A DNA stretch of 62,155 nucleotides, counting the filler, from Dugesia japonica (Eukaryota): the NCBI GenBank assembly GCA_001938525.1. It is 6 parts of 6 records of this genome, joined end to end, with 100 filler letters (N's around TTAATTAATTAA, not from the genome) between each part and the next. Parts side by side here need not be neighbours in the genome. Positions count along the whole stretch, not along the records: positions 32,700 to 42,368 come from MQRL01602106.1; positions 42,469 to 51,932 come from MQRL01647693.1; positions 52,033 to 62,155 come from MQRL01594905.1; 3 more parts are not named here. One strand, 5' to 3'. The translations under genes were made by a program, and so were the position numbers. A model generated the notes under the pieces. It made no database searches. It was not told the DNA's origin and saw only the letters and a program-made list of their open reading frames with translations. Below, piece by piece: positions 39,775 through 53,699 of the stretch; position 1 is the first letter of the stretch, and the number at the start of each line of letters is the position of its first letter.

Positions 39775-42368
39775 TTATTAACTAAATATAATTTTTTGAA
39801 ATTGTTTAAATTAAAAATAAATTGATAATTATAATATCCAATCATATGCAAGTGTATCTAAACAGGAATGATATTTACCATTTATCATACATCTCCCCAT
39901 GAATCGATCAAAATTTTTATCAATCTATAAGAGAATTAAAATTTGATATTTTTAATCTATAATTCCTTTTCCCACATCAATAAATTCATTTTCATAATAG
40001 CGATATTTTCCGCAAAATAACAATAATTTTTTATATTTGAATTTGTATATGAAGAATAATTAATTTAACTAATGTAGCATAAATATAATTATTATAGTTT
40101 AACGCACTTTATGAACATTTCCCAAAAATTGGCTTAAATTTTGACTTTTAATTAGCATTGCTAAATAGTTGTATTTTTGATGAAAATAAATTTCAATTTA
40201 ATATTAAAATTAAGATATTTGACTAATTTTGCAATGAGAAAANNNNNNNNNNNNNNNNNNNNNNNNNNNNNNNNNNNNNNNNNNNNNNNNNNNNNNNNNN
40301 NNNNNNNNNNNNNNNNNNNNNNNNNNNNNNNNNNNNNNNNNACTAAATAAACTTTAAGTAAATAATTTCACTTTTATATAAAAGAAACTAAAGTTTAATA
40401 CTAGGTAGATCAACCCCTTAGAGTAGAAAACCTTTTTAGTTAAAGATTCTTATCTAAATGATGGGATTAAAAAACATTCTCAGCTGACTGTATTTGCGTA
40501 TTGGCTTATTACTGACCTATCAGATTGCAAAAATTTTCGTAAGTGGTTTAGTATGCACCAATCAAAATGCGTTGTGAGTATGAATTTGGCTACTTACAAC
40601 TTTTTTCATTGTTAAAAGTAGTAATCAATAAAAATTAAACTAATCAGAGATGCAGGTGCTCACTGGATCAATAAATATCGTGCATGTCAACGCTGGAACT
40701 AAGCCATACCTTTACATAGAGAAATATTTTTGGTTTAATTTAATGACATTTTATGAGGGCATTATGAATACATCACTTGTTTTATTCTATGAAAATTATT
40801 GATGTTCAAATATAAAGTTTGTTCTGCTTACAGTGTTGATTCCGAAACCAAATTTTTCATAAAGAAAAAGAAATTTTGTGACGAATAGTACAAATTTAAA
40901 ATAAAAATATAGTTGAAAAATTTACAGAAGTAAGTCATTTAACTCATTTCTTTTTACGTCCTTTTTGAGTCTTTATATTAAAAATTCAAATAATAGAAAG
41001 CAAAGAATTACAGTATCCAAGTCTTTTCATAAATTAATTTTTAATTTTAAAACATTTCATCAAATTCTCTTACTCCCACCTCCCCACCCTCACGAAAATA
41101 CATGACAGTAGGGTCTGCGACCGTATGAGTTATCGCGCATTTATTGATTTTCGATGTGATTAATTAATGATTTCCTATCTGATTGATTATTGATTGTTTT
41201 AAAGTGCAAGTGCAAGTGCACATTATTGATTGATTATTGATTACCGAAGTGTTTGATTATCGATTTTTGATGTTCGCTTATTTAGAGTGTTAGGAGGAAG
41301 GGAGGGAGGGAAGAAAGGGTGTTTGAATTGACCAATCAAAATGGTGAGGTCATGCTGTCCAATACACCGTATATTGGTTTTAATTAAGTCTAGTTACCCG
41401 GAATTTCAATTTTTTTGTTTTAATTAATAAGTATATTTAGCAGAAAATTCAAATTTTTTATTTCGCTGGAAATTTAAAAATTTATTAATTTTTAAAATTT
41501 TTTTGTTATTGTTTTTGTTGGTGGGAAATTTTATTATTTTTCTTTTCTTCTTTTNNNNNNNNNNNNNNNNNNNNNNNNNNNNNNNNNNNNNNNNNNNNNN
41601 NNNNNNNNNNNNNNNNNNNNNNNNNNNNNNNNNNNNNAGATCTTGTTGATCTGTATATAATTTCATAGATAACTGTTTAAGAAAATATTGCTGTTGGTTA
41701 CAGCGTGGTTTTGTCGGTTTTTGGTTTTAAAAGTCTAGTGTTGCGAGTTTTTGTTGGATTTGGATGAATTTTGGTTTGAATGACTGAGAAATACGAGGTA
41801 CAGGTGATGGTGTAAAGGTTTGATATTTTGTTGTTGATAGTGCGTGTATGTGTAAGTATATATTTGAAAAATAAAAATCGTGACAGAATGGATTATTTTT
41901 GGGTTTCAATGGTAAATTTGACTTAGCCATCAAAATCTGTCTAAAGTTTGCCAAAGGTAACTATGAGTTAAAATGTTTGTCTGTTCCATGCATGCGGCTT
42001 TTGTGTTGCAAAAATATTTAAAGTATATTTTTAAGGTTTTTTGAGCTCTGAAATAAGAAAAAAGGCATTTATTAAATTTTTTTTATAAAATTTAATAGTT
42101 ATCAACAATAATTAATTGTTTTCATGCATTGTTCCAGTAACAGTCTTATTTTTTTTCATGCCATTACATTACCTCCTCCGATATGTGCAGTCCGACGTAG
42201 TGAACTCATCAAGGTCCAATAGCTTATAATCGAGTTCGTTCATAATTGAACTTATCGATCAGCTTGCGTCGTTTTAACTAGGCTAATCTCGATAACGGTG
42301 TTTGCATCTCTGTTAGCAATGCTTCCGTCCGTTCACATCCGGACCTAAATTAATCACCGCTACAATTG

Positions 42369-42468
42369 NNNNNNNNNNNNNNNNNNNNNNNNNNNNNNNN
42401 NNNNNNNNNNNNTTAATTAATTAANNNNNNNNNNNNNNNNNNNNNNNNNNNNNNNNNNNNNNNNNNNN
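42369..42468. other. Artificial 100-bp contig spacer
   Basis: N44-TTAATTAATTAA-N44. Confidence 0.97.
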
Positions 42469-43094
42469 TTATTATTATTATTATTATTTTTATTATTATT
42501 ATTTTTATTATTATTATTGTTATTATTATTATTTTTATTATTTCCATAATTATTAATCGCCCTGTACAAAAATATTGTATACATTTCACATCTATCTTTT
42601 TTACTGTTTACTAGGAGCCAAGGTTTTCTGATCATACTTATCTTGCCGTTAATCAAATATTACAACGAACCTTTACTTATTTTGTGAAAGTTTATGGCAA
42701 TAATTTATGCAATTCAGTTTTGTCTAATAAACGAAACAGCGGAAAGCTTTAAGGAGTGTTTGTAAATTGTGTAACGTTTAATGGGGGAGAAGGGGTAATT
42801 TTTATAGGTGTTACTGGAATTAAATTTTGTTAATTAACGAATCAAAATTGCATTATAACAATGATAATTCAAATTGTTTTTATCTTAACAAATCTAAACT
42901 CCTAACATTAACATTAAATACGAAATTTAATAAAATTTAATGATGATTTTTCTAAAAATCAAATCCAAATTTTCTTTTGTTATTATGTTTTAATATGACA
43001 TATAAACACCGTTAAATAAATAATCAAAGTATTTATATAATTTGAACTAAATTTTAAAATTTTTACCAAACTTAGTATCATTTCAAATATTAGT

Positions 43095-43275
43095 TTATAT
43101 TAATTATATTAATTAATTATATTATTAATTATATTATTATATTAATTATATTATTATTAATTATATTATTATATTAATTATATTATTATTAATTATATTA
43201 TTAATTATATTATTAATTATATTATTAATTATATTATTAATTATATTATTAATTATATTATATTATATTAATATT
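43095..43275. repeat. AT minisatellite (ATTAATTATATT variants)
   Basis: Visible 12-20 bp units. Confidence 0.9.
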
Positions 43276-43289
43276 GAGCTCATAAAGAA

Positions 43290-43500
43290 TATAATTTTAT
43301 AATTACAATTGTTGTGAGAATAATTGTTGGACTTAACCATTGATTGCATTTGAGATTTCATTAAAATAAAGAAAATGCTTCGATCTAAATAAAATGTATT
43401 TGTAAAAAAATTCACATTTTCGACACTTGTCTTCTTCAGGAATGATGACCTTTTGATAGATTCAAAATGACAATATATCTTTGCTACAAAATTCTTAATA
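43290..43500 (-). repeat. Short hammerhead-bearing repeat; further copies at about 9521, 22330-22520, 44090-44240, 44780-44930, 45230-45470, and a related type at about 4430-4620, 19190-19450, 61900
   Basis: Minus strand CATTC-CTGAAGA-A-GACAAGTGTC-GAAA, then shared GATCGAAGC...TAATGAAATCTC...GTCCAACAATTATTCTC. Confidence 0.8.
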
Positions 43501-46229
43501 TTTTATCAAAATTTTATTTTAATTATAATTTCGTTATTTCAAAATTTNNNNNNNNNNNNNNNNNNNNNNNNNNNNNNNNNNNNNNNNNNNNNNNNNNNNN
43601 NNNNNNNNNNNNNNNNNNNNNNNNNNNNNNNNNNNNNNNAAATAATTAAAATATGTATTTGTATTTATTTAAATATTAAAATATTTAAATTATTTATTTT
43701 TTAAATTAAAATATTTTATTTAATTATTATTTATTTTTAAATATTTAAAATATGTATTTTATTAACATTAAAATATTACAAACTTTAAAACTTTATATTA
43801 AAATACTAAAATAAAATTATTTACTTCTATCAACTTTTAATAAACATTCATAAGCTTCTCCCAATTCATATTTTAAAAAGATTTTATCAATATTCTGTAA
43901 CTAAAAAAATAATTTTTACATTTAATTAATTGATACAACTTTTTTTTAATTTTTATTATTGTAGTTATAGAAAATCATGTATATCTTAGGTTAATCCTCT
44001 TTAATTCAATTTGATTAGAAAAAAGTTTTGAGATTTTATTTTAAAATAACAAAATATAATTTAAATAGACCAATAAAATTGTGGTAAAATGTAAAGAATT
44101 TTGTAGCAAAGATCTATAGTCGTTTTGAATCTTTCAAAAAGTCATCATTCCTAAAGAAGACAAGTGTTGAAAATTTTAATTTCTTTAAAAATACATTTTA
44201 CTTTGATCGAAGCTTTTTCTTTATATTAATGAAATATAATTAGATAGTAAAGATTTTAACTATTTTAAATAAATGAATGCTACTTAATAAATTTTATTAT
44301 AAATATTTATAAGTATTCATAAAATATAACAATGAATAAGATAGTAAAATAAAAGCAGCTCTTTAAAGCTTTCCAAAAAGCGTTTCATTTAAAAACGAAA
44401 AATCAAAAAGATTGCAATGAATATTGGAATTCAATTAAAAATAAACATGAGTTGGTATTAACTTTTGATGAAATACTACGAGATTTAAGAAACAGGAGAA
44501 AAATTGAAAAATGATCTGTCAAGATCTATCAATCGGTTGGAGCAATGCCTAGTTATTACTTTGGGTGCTCCAGGATTTACCAGCCATGTTTCATTATGGT
44601 GTCCTTCGTCTTTGAAGTAATATGTGGCCTAACATTGTTATGCAACGATTTGAAAGGACGTTTTTTATTTTCCCTATTAATTTAAAATTAATTTAAAATT
44701 ATCCAGTAAAATTTCATTAAAATAAAAAAACGTTTGCAAATTCTTTAGTATAGATAAAATTAATCAAAAAGTTTAATTTTTGAACAAGACAATAGTCGAA
44801 AATTAGGACAACTACCAAAGAGAAATAAAAAAAATAAAAAACAACATTTTATTCGAAGCTCTTGATTTCATGAAATCTCAAATGTGATCAATGTTTAAGT
44901 CCACCAATTATTCTCGCCATAATTATATTTGTAAAATTAAATTTCTTAGTTAAGTTAATTTATTTACGGCTTATTTATTTATAATTATAATATGAATAAT
45001 TTTTCTTTAATTACTTAACATTTAGTTGATTTATGAAATTCTTCCAAAATAATTCTTTCACTATTATTTACTTAATTTTAATTAATTTAAGGAGTATTTT
45101 CTTATGAATATGTTAAGTAAATTGTTAAATTTAGAATAGTTTGATTTAATATGTTAAGCATGTTAAGTATTTAATGCTTGCTGATTATAAATATTTTTTC
45201 TTATCTTTTTAAATCTAATTATGGATTCATTAAAATAAACGCTTCGATCAAAATTTGTTTTTGTTTGATTTTGATAATAATTCTATTATAAAAATAAATA
45301 TTGAATGAATTTAAAAGTCAATTACCAACGAAGACAAAGTAGAATATTAGAATTATTATCGAAAACAAAAAATCCAAATTTTGATCGAATTTTTTATTTT
45401 AATGAATTCTGAAAAAACGATCAATGGTTACGTCTAACAATTATTCTCGCAATAATTGCAATTTTAAAATTAATTATGGATCATCGTAATACTTTTCATT
45501 TCAATATTTAAGGTGAAACTGACTTGCATTAGTTTAGGATAATGAGCAACTCAGTTCTTTTCTTTTTACTTGTTCCATTTAAAATTTACGTTACAAATCA
45601 TAAGTCATATTTTAATATTTTATTTATCTGAACTTCGGTGGCAGTTCTGATATTTTAATGTTTCTATTTAGAATTTATATTAAAATTTAGTAGTCGTATT
45701 TTAATATTGTGTTGCTCTTAACGTAAGGTTTCATTTTTTGTAATAATTTAGTAAATTCCATTTTTAGGGGCGATTAACTCTTTAGTCATGCTATTTTAAG
45801 AACTTCTAGAATAATAGATAGTATTTTATTTTAATGTAGATTTTAGTATTCATTTTTTGTTATCAAGTTTGCCTCGTTAGCATTGGAATTTCAAATTGGT
45901 TTAATTGTTTAGATAATAGTTTACTCACAGTTTCAATGGTATTTTTCATCTAATGATATAATACCATAATAATGATACAATGATATAATGTTATAATAAC
46001 TTTAAGTATAAATTTTGTTTTGTTAACTATAGTTGACACTTTTCAATACATCAACTTAGATAAACATACTCACATCCTGAGATATGATCAATAGTGAAGG
46101 CACGGAAGTGAATCTCTATTGGATCCCTATAGAGATCTCTATAGGATAATCTCTATATAGGATCTCTATAGGGTTTTCAAATTGAAAGTTCGTTTTTTTT
46201 GCAAAATTAAATGTTATTTAGACAAATAT

Positions 46230-46790
46230 AAAAATTAAGTCAATCAAGTATATATTCTCCATTTCTATCTACAACCACTTCCCAACGTTTGATCAAACTT
46301 TCAATGCCATTCCTATACCAGGGACTGGACTTTTCATTAAAGAATTGACTCAGGACAGTTTCGATATCATGAATTCTGTCAAACATTTTGTCACGAAGAA
46401 AATGCTGTAGAGATCAGACCAAATAGTAATCTGAAGGTGCAATGTCTGTGCTATTTGGAGGCTGAGACATTACTTCCCATTGAAAGGATTTTAGCTTTTG
46501 CTGCGTCACTTTTGCAGTGTGTCGCCTAGGTCCGTTGTAATGAAATATTATTTTGTTTTTGCTGATCAATGCAGGACGTTTCACAAGTAATGCATCTCTC
46601 AAATGGTCAAGAATTTTTTAATACAATCAGACTTTATTGTCAGACCCTTCTCCAATAATTTAAAATGAATTACTCCTTCGCAATCCCAGAAGACACTCAA
46701 CAGGAACTTTTTAAGGTGAAGTCCTGCTTTCACAACTGGTACAGGGAATTGACCTGGAGATAACCATCGATTTTTGTTATGTAGATATAA
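46230..46790 (-). mobile_element. Mariner 3' relic (smaller relics at about 44540-44650 and 52035-52350)
   Basis: FHYNGPRRHTA...WEVMSQPPNSTDIAPSDYYL. Confidence 0.82.
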
Positions 46791-47959
46791 AGAGTACTAT
46801 CAAAGTTTTACTGTAGTTAAAGTTTCAAGTTTAATAGTCTGAATGGTTTGTTTTTACGTTGTTTTTTTATAGGTTTGAAAAAGTGGTTAATAGAAAATTG
46901 TATGGTTAAATTAAGTTCAATTTTAATAAATTGATCATCTAAATGAAAATAATTATTTTAATTGTAACTATAGGAAAAGCTTTGAACTGAGATACTATAT
47001 TCGTAAGAGTCCTTCTAGAACAAATGGAGAGATCTACAGTCGCACGGAAAAGTTGGTTTAGTTAAATTGCAATGGTGGAGAGTCGCAACAGTAAACCAGG
47101 TGAATGGGAAAAGAATGTTGTGAAAACCCGAGTTCAGTATAATGAAAATATAATTTAGGGACGTTAGATCAAGTTCTTTGCAGGGTTTTACTTGGCTATT
47201 TTACCCTAAGACTTAAATTAAAGTTGAGTTGCTTAGTTAGAACCCCAGAATTTTGATGATGCACAGATGTTTAACAAAAAATAAATAGTATTATCTTATG
47301 TGATACAATTAACAATCAACAAGATAATTATCAATTAGACATGAATATATAATGCTTACTAGAGAAACATTTCAATAACATAATAATAAGATCCAAAAAC
47401 GAAAATACTTATAAAAATAGAATGTACCGACAGTAAATCTTAATTGCGGTGAAAAAGACATACTTATAAAAGTAATTTTTTAATTTGAATGAAATAATTT
47501 CTTATCTAAGGTAAAGTAATCTAAACTTTATTTAAAAGAAAATGTTTCACTAACGTAAAATCTATATTCTTTTTATCAAAACACGATCATACATGTCTTT
47601 TGAATTACAAATTTAAGGATAAAAATTGTAAAGAAATTTGTTCTGTTTTACTGCTTCAGATTAAGAGTTTTTCACATTAATAATTTAAATTCAATAACTT
47701 TTATAGGATTTTATTTCTTTCAAGTTTTTTAACCAAATTTTTGATTTTTAATCGTTTTGGATATTTGAGAGTTTTGGACTAACGGAATTTGGATTGAACT
47801 GTAATAATAAGATTATAATAATAAAATAATATCATTACAAAATAGTATTAAAGAACTCATTGCAGACATTAGGCGCATTATAATTTAACAAAGATTCTTT
47901 TAAATCCAAGTAACAACTACAAAACAATTAAAATGCCATTACTAAAGTTTGGTTTAGAT

Positions 47960-48243
47960 CAGGGGTGCACAACATGCGGCCCTCAACTATGTTACATGCG
48001 GTCCGGGACCCAAGTCTATGAAAAATCCAAAATGTATATTTTTATAGAAATATAATTCTATACAACCAACTAGCTGCAAAATGACACTTTAACCATGGTA
48101 TATTAAATTGTTGAATTATAAAGTATAGTATAGTAGCTATAACATCAGTGATGCATAATCTTCAGCCCTAAATTTTCACATAGCCGTGACATCAATTTAA
48201 ACTGATGATACGGCCAGTCTAGAAAAGAAATTGTGCACCCCTC
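47960..48243. mobile_element. hAT-type MITE 1
   Basis: TIR CAGGGGTGCACAA / TTGTGCACCCCTC; 8-bp TSD GTTTAGAT on both sides. Confidence 0.9.
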
Positions 48244-48251
48244 GTTTAGAT

Positions 48252-48566
48252 CATGGGTGGCCAATCAAAATTATCTTAAGGGCAACTTCGGAAATGCATT
48301 ATAACTCCCCAGGCCGCATATAAAATTATAAGCACATATTAGATTTAGAGTAAATCTTTAGACATTTTTTTTGGAGTGAAGAATTGTAACATAATGAGTT
48401 ATTATTAATGTGTTTACTATTATTCTTACATGTAAGCATAGATAATATAATAATAATGATATTAAACGCATTTTGTAAAAATATATATATTTTTGAAAAT
48501 AACTATCGAAATTTATATTTGGTAAAAGTCAGATGATACTCGCGGGCCTCGTGTTGGCCACCCATC
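48252..48566. mobile_element. hAT-type MITE 2
   Basis: TIR CATGGGTGGCCAA / TTGGCCACCCATC; 8-bp TSD GTTTAGAT on both sides. Confidence 0.9.
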
Positions 48567-49073
48567 GTTTAGATAAATAATTATTAAAAATATAAAAATT
48601 TCTTAAACGATTTAATCCGGTTGTACCGATAGGAAGAAAAGGGTAAAATATAAATAAAAACACTTCAATTAACTCTTTTTAAAACAACAAAGTAAATTTA
48701 TTCAATTCAATTTTCTTGTATTTCTTTAAATGGACAGTTGTTACATTTACATCTGTTTATTTACATATTTGAAACAAACTCTAGTTGAGTGTAATTGTGA
48801 AATTATTTATTTATGATAAAAGAAAAATAAACAGAAATTCAACGATACTAAACTGCAATTAAAGTACAAAATTATTATAAATGTAAATAAATCTTACTTA
48901 ACATATTTTACTGATTAAGTGTTTGTACTTATCATTTGAAGATTATTTTCAATGAAACAAGTGTCACTTTTAATGTCATTTTAATTCATTTTAATGATTA
49001 AAACACAACATCAAAGATATAAATATTTAACTTTTGCTTACAACATTTCCAATTTAAGACCGCTTTCTTATTG

Positions 49074-49141
<68 letters not shown>

Positions 49142-50895
49142 NNNNNNNNNNNNNNNNNNNNNNNNNNNNNNNNNNNNNNNNNNNNNNNNNNNNNNNNNNN
49201 NNNNNNNNNNNNNNNNNNNNNNNNNNNNNNNNNNNNNNNNNNNNNNNNNNNNNNNNNNNNNNNNNNNNNNNNNNNNNNNNNNNNNNNNNNNNNNNNNNNN
49301 NNNNNNNNNNNNNNNNNNNNNNNNNNNNNATAAAATAATAATCAAAATAAAATGTAGAAATGAATATGGCCCAAAAGATTAACAGCAATTTTAACCTCTC
49401 TATAATATTTAAATTGAATAATTAAAAAAATTATGTTTATATAAATTATTATTTACATATTCAAATCAATATTTTACAATTTATAAAAACAAAAAACTGT
49501 CTTTCGACTTTCAATGATTAATAAATCTAATTTGCAAACAAGGTTGTGTTAACAAGTGAACTATTTAAAAATTGTTGCTAAGGGATATTAATAAAAGAAT
49601 TTTAATGAATGATAAAAATATTTAAGGATCTAAAAATGATGTGTTAGAGAATTAAACATTTATTAAATAATCTCTGTAAAATCTTTTAAAATACTTTGAA
49701 TTCACCGTTGATTATTTCATATTTCGCTGAATTACTTAAATTGCATGAAAAAATACGTTTAATTCATTTCTCAGAAGCGATATTATTAGAAACAACATCA
49801 GTTCAGCATTATTTAATCTTTGAAAATGTATCAGCAATAATAGAAAAAGTAAACTATAAACTGAATTTGTGATAGAACGATACGCATTATTAACATACAA
49901 GTCATTGCTACACTTTTAACTACATAAAATTATCAAAATTATTTATGTCTTTCAGCGGCATATATAATATGCAAATCGATTTAGATTTTATCTACAATTT
50001 AACAAAATTTAATTCTTTGTTCGTTTTAAAGAATCAAATAGTTTGCTATGAAGTCAACGATACAATGTTAATTAAGGTATTCTAATCCCGGGATTGACGA
50101 AATTTTTACGGGATTCTAATCCCGGGATTCAAGTGATTGGATCGCGTCATTATTCAAATTAAGTGAAATTTATGATTTTTGTTTAAATCTATTGAAATTA
50201 ATAATTTTAAATTAATTTTTTACGAAAATTCGTTTTTTGTATAAATTTTTAAAATTTTTCAAAAAATTAACATTTTTAATTTTTAATCAAATAGCTACTT
50301 TTACATCAATCATTTAGAATGACCTCGGGATCATATCTAGTAAGAAAAATAAAACTTTTGAAAAAATAAAAAGTATCTCAAATTTGATATTCAACCCATC
50401 TATTTGATAGAGGATTTTACGCAAATCAAGAATCTAATAACCTAAAATCGATAAACTTTAAAAATTTTATTACGAGACACTGTCAATAAAACAAATTAAT
50501 AAGAATAATTTTTTTTATGGAAATAGACNNNNNNNNNNNNNNNNNNNNNNNNNNNNNNNNNNNNNNNNNNNNNNNNNNTTTTACTATTTTTTGGGGTTTT
50601 AATAGAATTTTAACGCATCATTCAAGATAAATACAAATGTGTGTATCAGTTTTCAAAAATTTTCGAAATCACGTGATCCAAAAAAACGTCGGAATTTGTA
50701 TTCCCTACTTTCAATGTATCAAAAATTTCAAAAACGACCTCGATTTATTCAAGTAACACATATTCAAGAGCAGACTGTAAAAGTCATAAACTAAAAAACA
50801 TTTATGACGTTAAAATTGCTTATATTAAATAAATAACGCCCGTGGCCAAACGAATTTTTAATTTTATTTTACCTATAATAATAATTATTATAATG

Positions 50896-50948
<53 letters not shown>

Positions 50949-51076
50949 NNNNNNNNNNNNNNNNNNNNNNNNNNNNNNNNNNNNNNNNNNNNNNNNNNNN
51001 NNNNNNNNNNNNNNNNNNNNNNNNNNNNNNNNNNNNNNNNNNNNNNNNNNNNNNNNNNNNNNNNNNNNNNNNNNNN

Positions 51077-51138
<62 letters not shown>

Positions 51139-51338
51139 GTAATATATAAAACCATAAATAATAAAAAAAAGTAAATAAAGAAACACCAAATAATTTTTTA
51201 ATAAATTAAAATTTTAAGAAAAAAAACTCGTGAAAACTGAAGTAAAATATAATTTCAAACATAATATAAATTTACTTATCAATACTTATTAGCAAAATAA
51301 TTTTTTAATTAATTAATTTAAAATTTATTAAATTTTAG

Positions 51339-51500
51339 AATCATATACAAATTATGGGATGTTTGTTTATTAGCAGTCAAGTATGTTGATAGTTCCAATA
51401 CTGACTATATCTTCTTAAATCCAATGTCAAAAACTTACAAAATAGAGTCAGATTCAATGATTGCAATTGTAATGGCAAGAAATGAAGAGGCTGCTAACAA
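51339..51500 (+). CDS. Exon of a Slo/BK-family potassium channel (end of RCK1)
   Basis: ttttag|...|gtaaat, 162 nt, phase 2-2. IIYKLWDVCLLAVKYVDSSNTDYIFLNPMSKTYKIESDSMIAIVMARNEEAAN aligns with recalled Slo1 CFVKLKLLMIAIEY...[26 protein letters not shown]. Confidence 0.72.
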
Positions 51501-51896
51501 GTAAATTATTAAATGAATTTCAATAATAACTGAATAATTTGGAATAATAATTGTAGAAATCAATAATAAAATAAGTTTAGCGTTTTTAAGAAAATTTAAA
51601 ATATAAAAAATTAAATCTGTAATTTGCAAATTAGAAAACACTTACAATTGCACAGATTTAATGTAATGGCAAACCTGAAATTTTTCGGTATACTTTATAT
51701 AATTTATTACTTTTGTGCATGTCGGGGTAGCAAAATAAATCACAAAAGTAAATAAATTAAATTATAGTGACTTGACATAAAATTTTCTTTATAAATATTT
51801 AAATCCGGTTTTTTGCAAAAAAGAATTAGCAATAAATAAAAAATAATAATAATTGTGGTAAATTTTTATAATAATAATAACAACAACAATAAAAAC

Positions 51897-51932
<36 letters not shown>

Positions 51933-52032
51933 NNNNNNNNNNNNNNNNNNNNNNNNNNNNNNNNNNNNNNNNNNNNTTAATTAATTAANNNNNNNNNNNN
52001 NNNNNNNNNNNNNNNNNNNNNNNNNNNNNNNN
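51933..52032. other. Artificial 100-bp contig spacer
   Basis: N44-TTAATTAATTAA-N44. Confidence 0.97.
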
Positions 52033-53349
52033 TACTTTGATCAATTAAGAAGACTAGAAAGCTGGATAAAAAATACAAGACCAGGACTTATCAATAGAAA
52101 AAATGTCATCATCCAACAAAACAATACTTATACTTAAAAGCTCATACTGCAAAAAATGTAGAGATTTAGAGTAGGACGTTCTTTCTCACCTCACATCGCC
52201 TCTTTAGATTATCATTTGTTTGAGTTTTTTCAAAATTACCTGAATAGAAAATAAATTTTTTTTATCTAAGTCATCTAATTTTTATGAAGAAGGGTTTCAT
52301 GAATTTAGGTTTAAGATGATAAAATATCATAGACAACAATAGAAATAACTTTGATTAAATTTTTCCAAAGTTAAAAAGTCATTTTTTAATAAAATATATT
52401 CGTTGCATTTTGAACTTTACAAATAAATATTTCTATTAAATGGATTTTCTAGTTTGTAAATTGAAAAGTCTTCTAAGTTATAAAAATGCGACAAGAATTT
52501 TATTTTTAAATTTCAATTTACTGGTTGCGAAATAATTTGCGGTCACAGGAAAATATTTCTGTTAATTAATTGATTTCTTTTAAAATCTATTTGAGAAATT
52601 GGGAGCTCTTTCAAATCTGTTATTTAACAATTACATGAATTTTTAAAAGAATCTCTTTAAAGAAATAAGTTTAAAGTACACGTTAAGTCAAAAGGATATC
52701 ATTGTACAATAAATCGGCAGCAGGGATTTTATAGTTTGGTCGTTAGGAATCTTTGTATACAATCATTTAAATAGATTTGAATTTTCCGAAAAGTATTTTA
52801 AGTAATTGCCAAATTTTTATGCACTTGGTTAAGCTATGTTCTGTATCTGTTGACTAGAACAATCAATTTAACAAACTATTGGACTCACTNATCAAAAAAA
52901 TTAAAAAATTCCAGTCGACCGATTAATTGGCGTTTTCTATATTAAATGAACGGAAAGAAAATTTATATTAGCTATTGAATAAAGGCCAAATAGTTACTTT
53001 TCAAAGTTAATTTTCCAAGAAATTGCATTAAAGCTGCATGAATCAGCGACGTCTTATTGGTATCACGTGGAACAAAAACATCATTTACTAATAGATTTAA
53101 AACCAATCCAAATTAAAATATCGAGGGTCTCCTATGATTACTTCATTTCAAAATCAAGTACACTTTCTCCAAAATTAGTATTGGCTGATTGATAAACTTT
53201 ACCCATATTGATAGGATACCATTTTGTTACATTTACAAACATTGGTGAAATAAAAAAGGATAGTGTTAGGTAATTCTTCAATTGGTAATTCATTTTCAAA
53301 ATCACAACTATTTTTAGACATAATTTATTTCAATTCACACAGCTTATTC

Positions 53350-53452
53350 AATTATATAATTATATAAGAATAGAACCATAAAAATATTTATCTATAATTT
53401 AATCGATTTCTATTGGTTGAATTAATTATTAATTTATAATTATTTCCTTATA
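53350..53452 (-). repeat. LTR end of the same family as 1997-2097 (probable solo LTR extending left)
   Basis: AGAATAGAACCATA...TTATAATTATTTCCTTATA is shared, and similarity stops at the same base. Confidence 0.75.
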
Positions 53453-53699
53453 GATAGAAAGTTTAAGGCTTAAATATGTCATTAAATAGGTAATGAAATA
53501 ATTAAATATGCAATTCTGCTTCAAGAAGTAGTCAAATCAGTTTGAAATTATTGACTGATACTAGTGAGCTATTTTCTTTAATATTAAACTAATGGACATT
53601 CAAAGATTATTCGTGTTAAAATTTAACATGAATAAATTCTCAATGTTTAAAATGTTTTTAATCTCTGTTGTGATTTATTGGAAAAGAACTTGACTGAGC

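Noticed and set aside
41080-42368. GC-richer block with CCAAT and purine-rich motifs and a short minus-strand ORF
   Set aside because: It may be a retroelement 5' end or a promoter, but no diagnostic motif supports a call.
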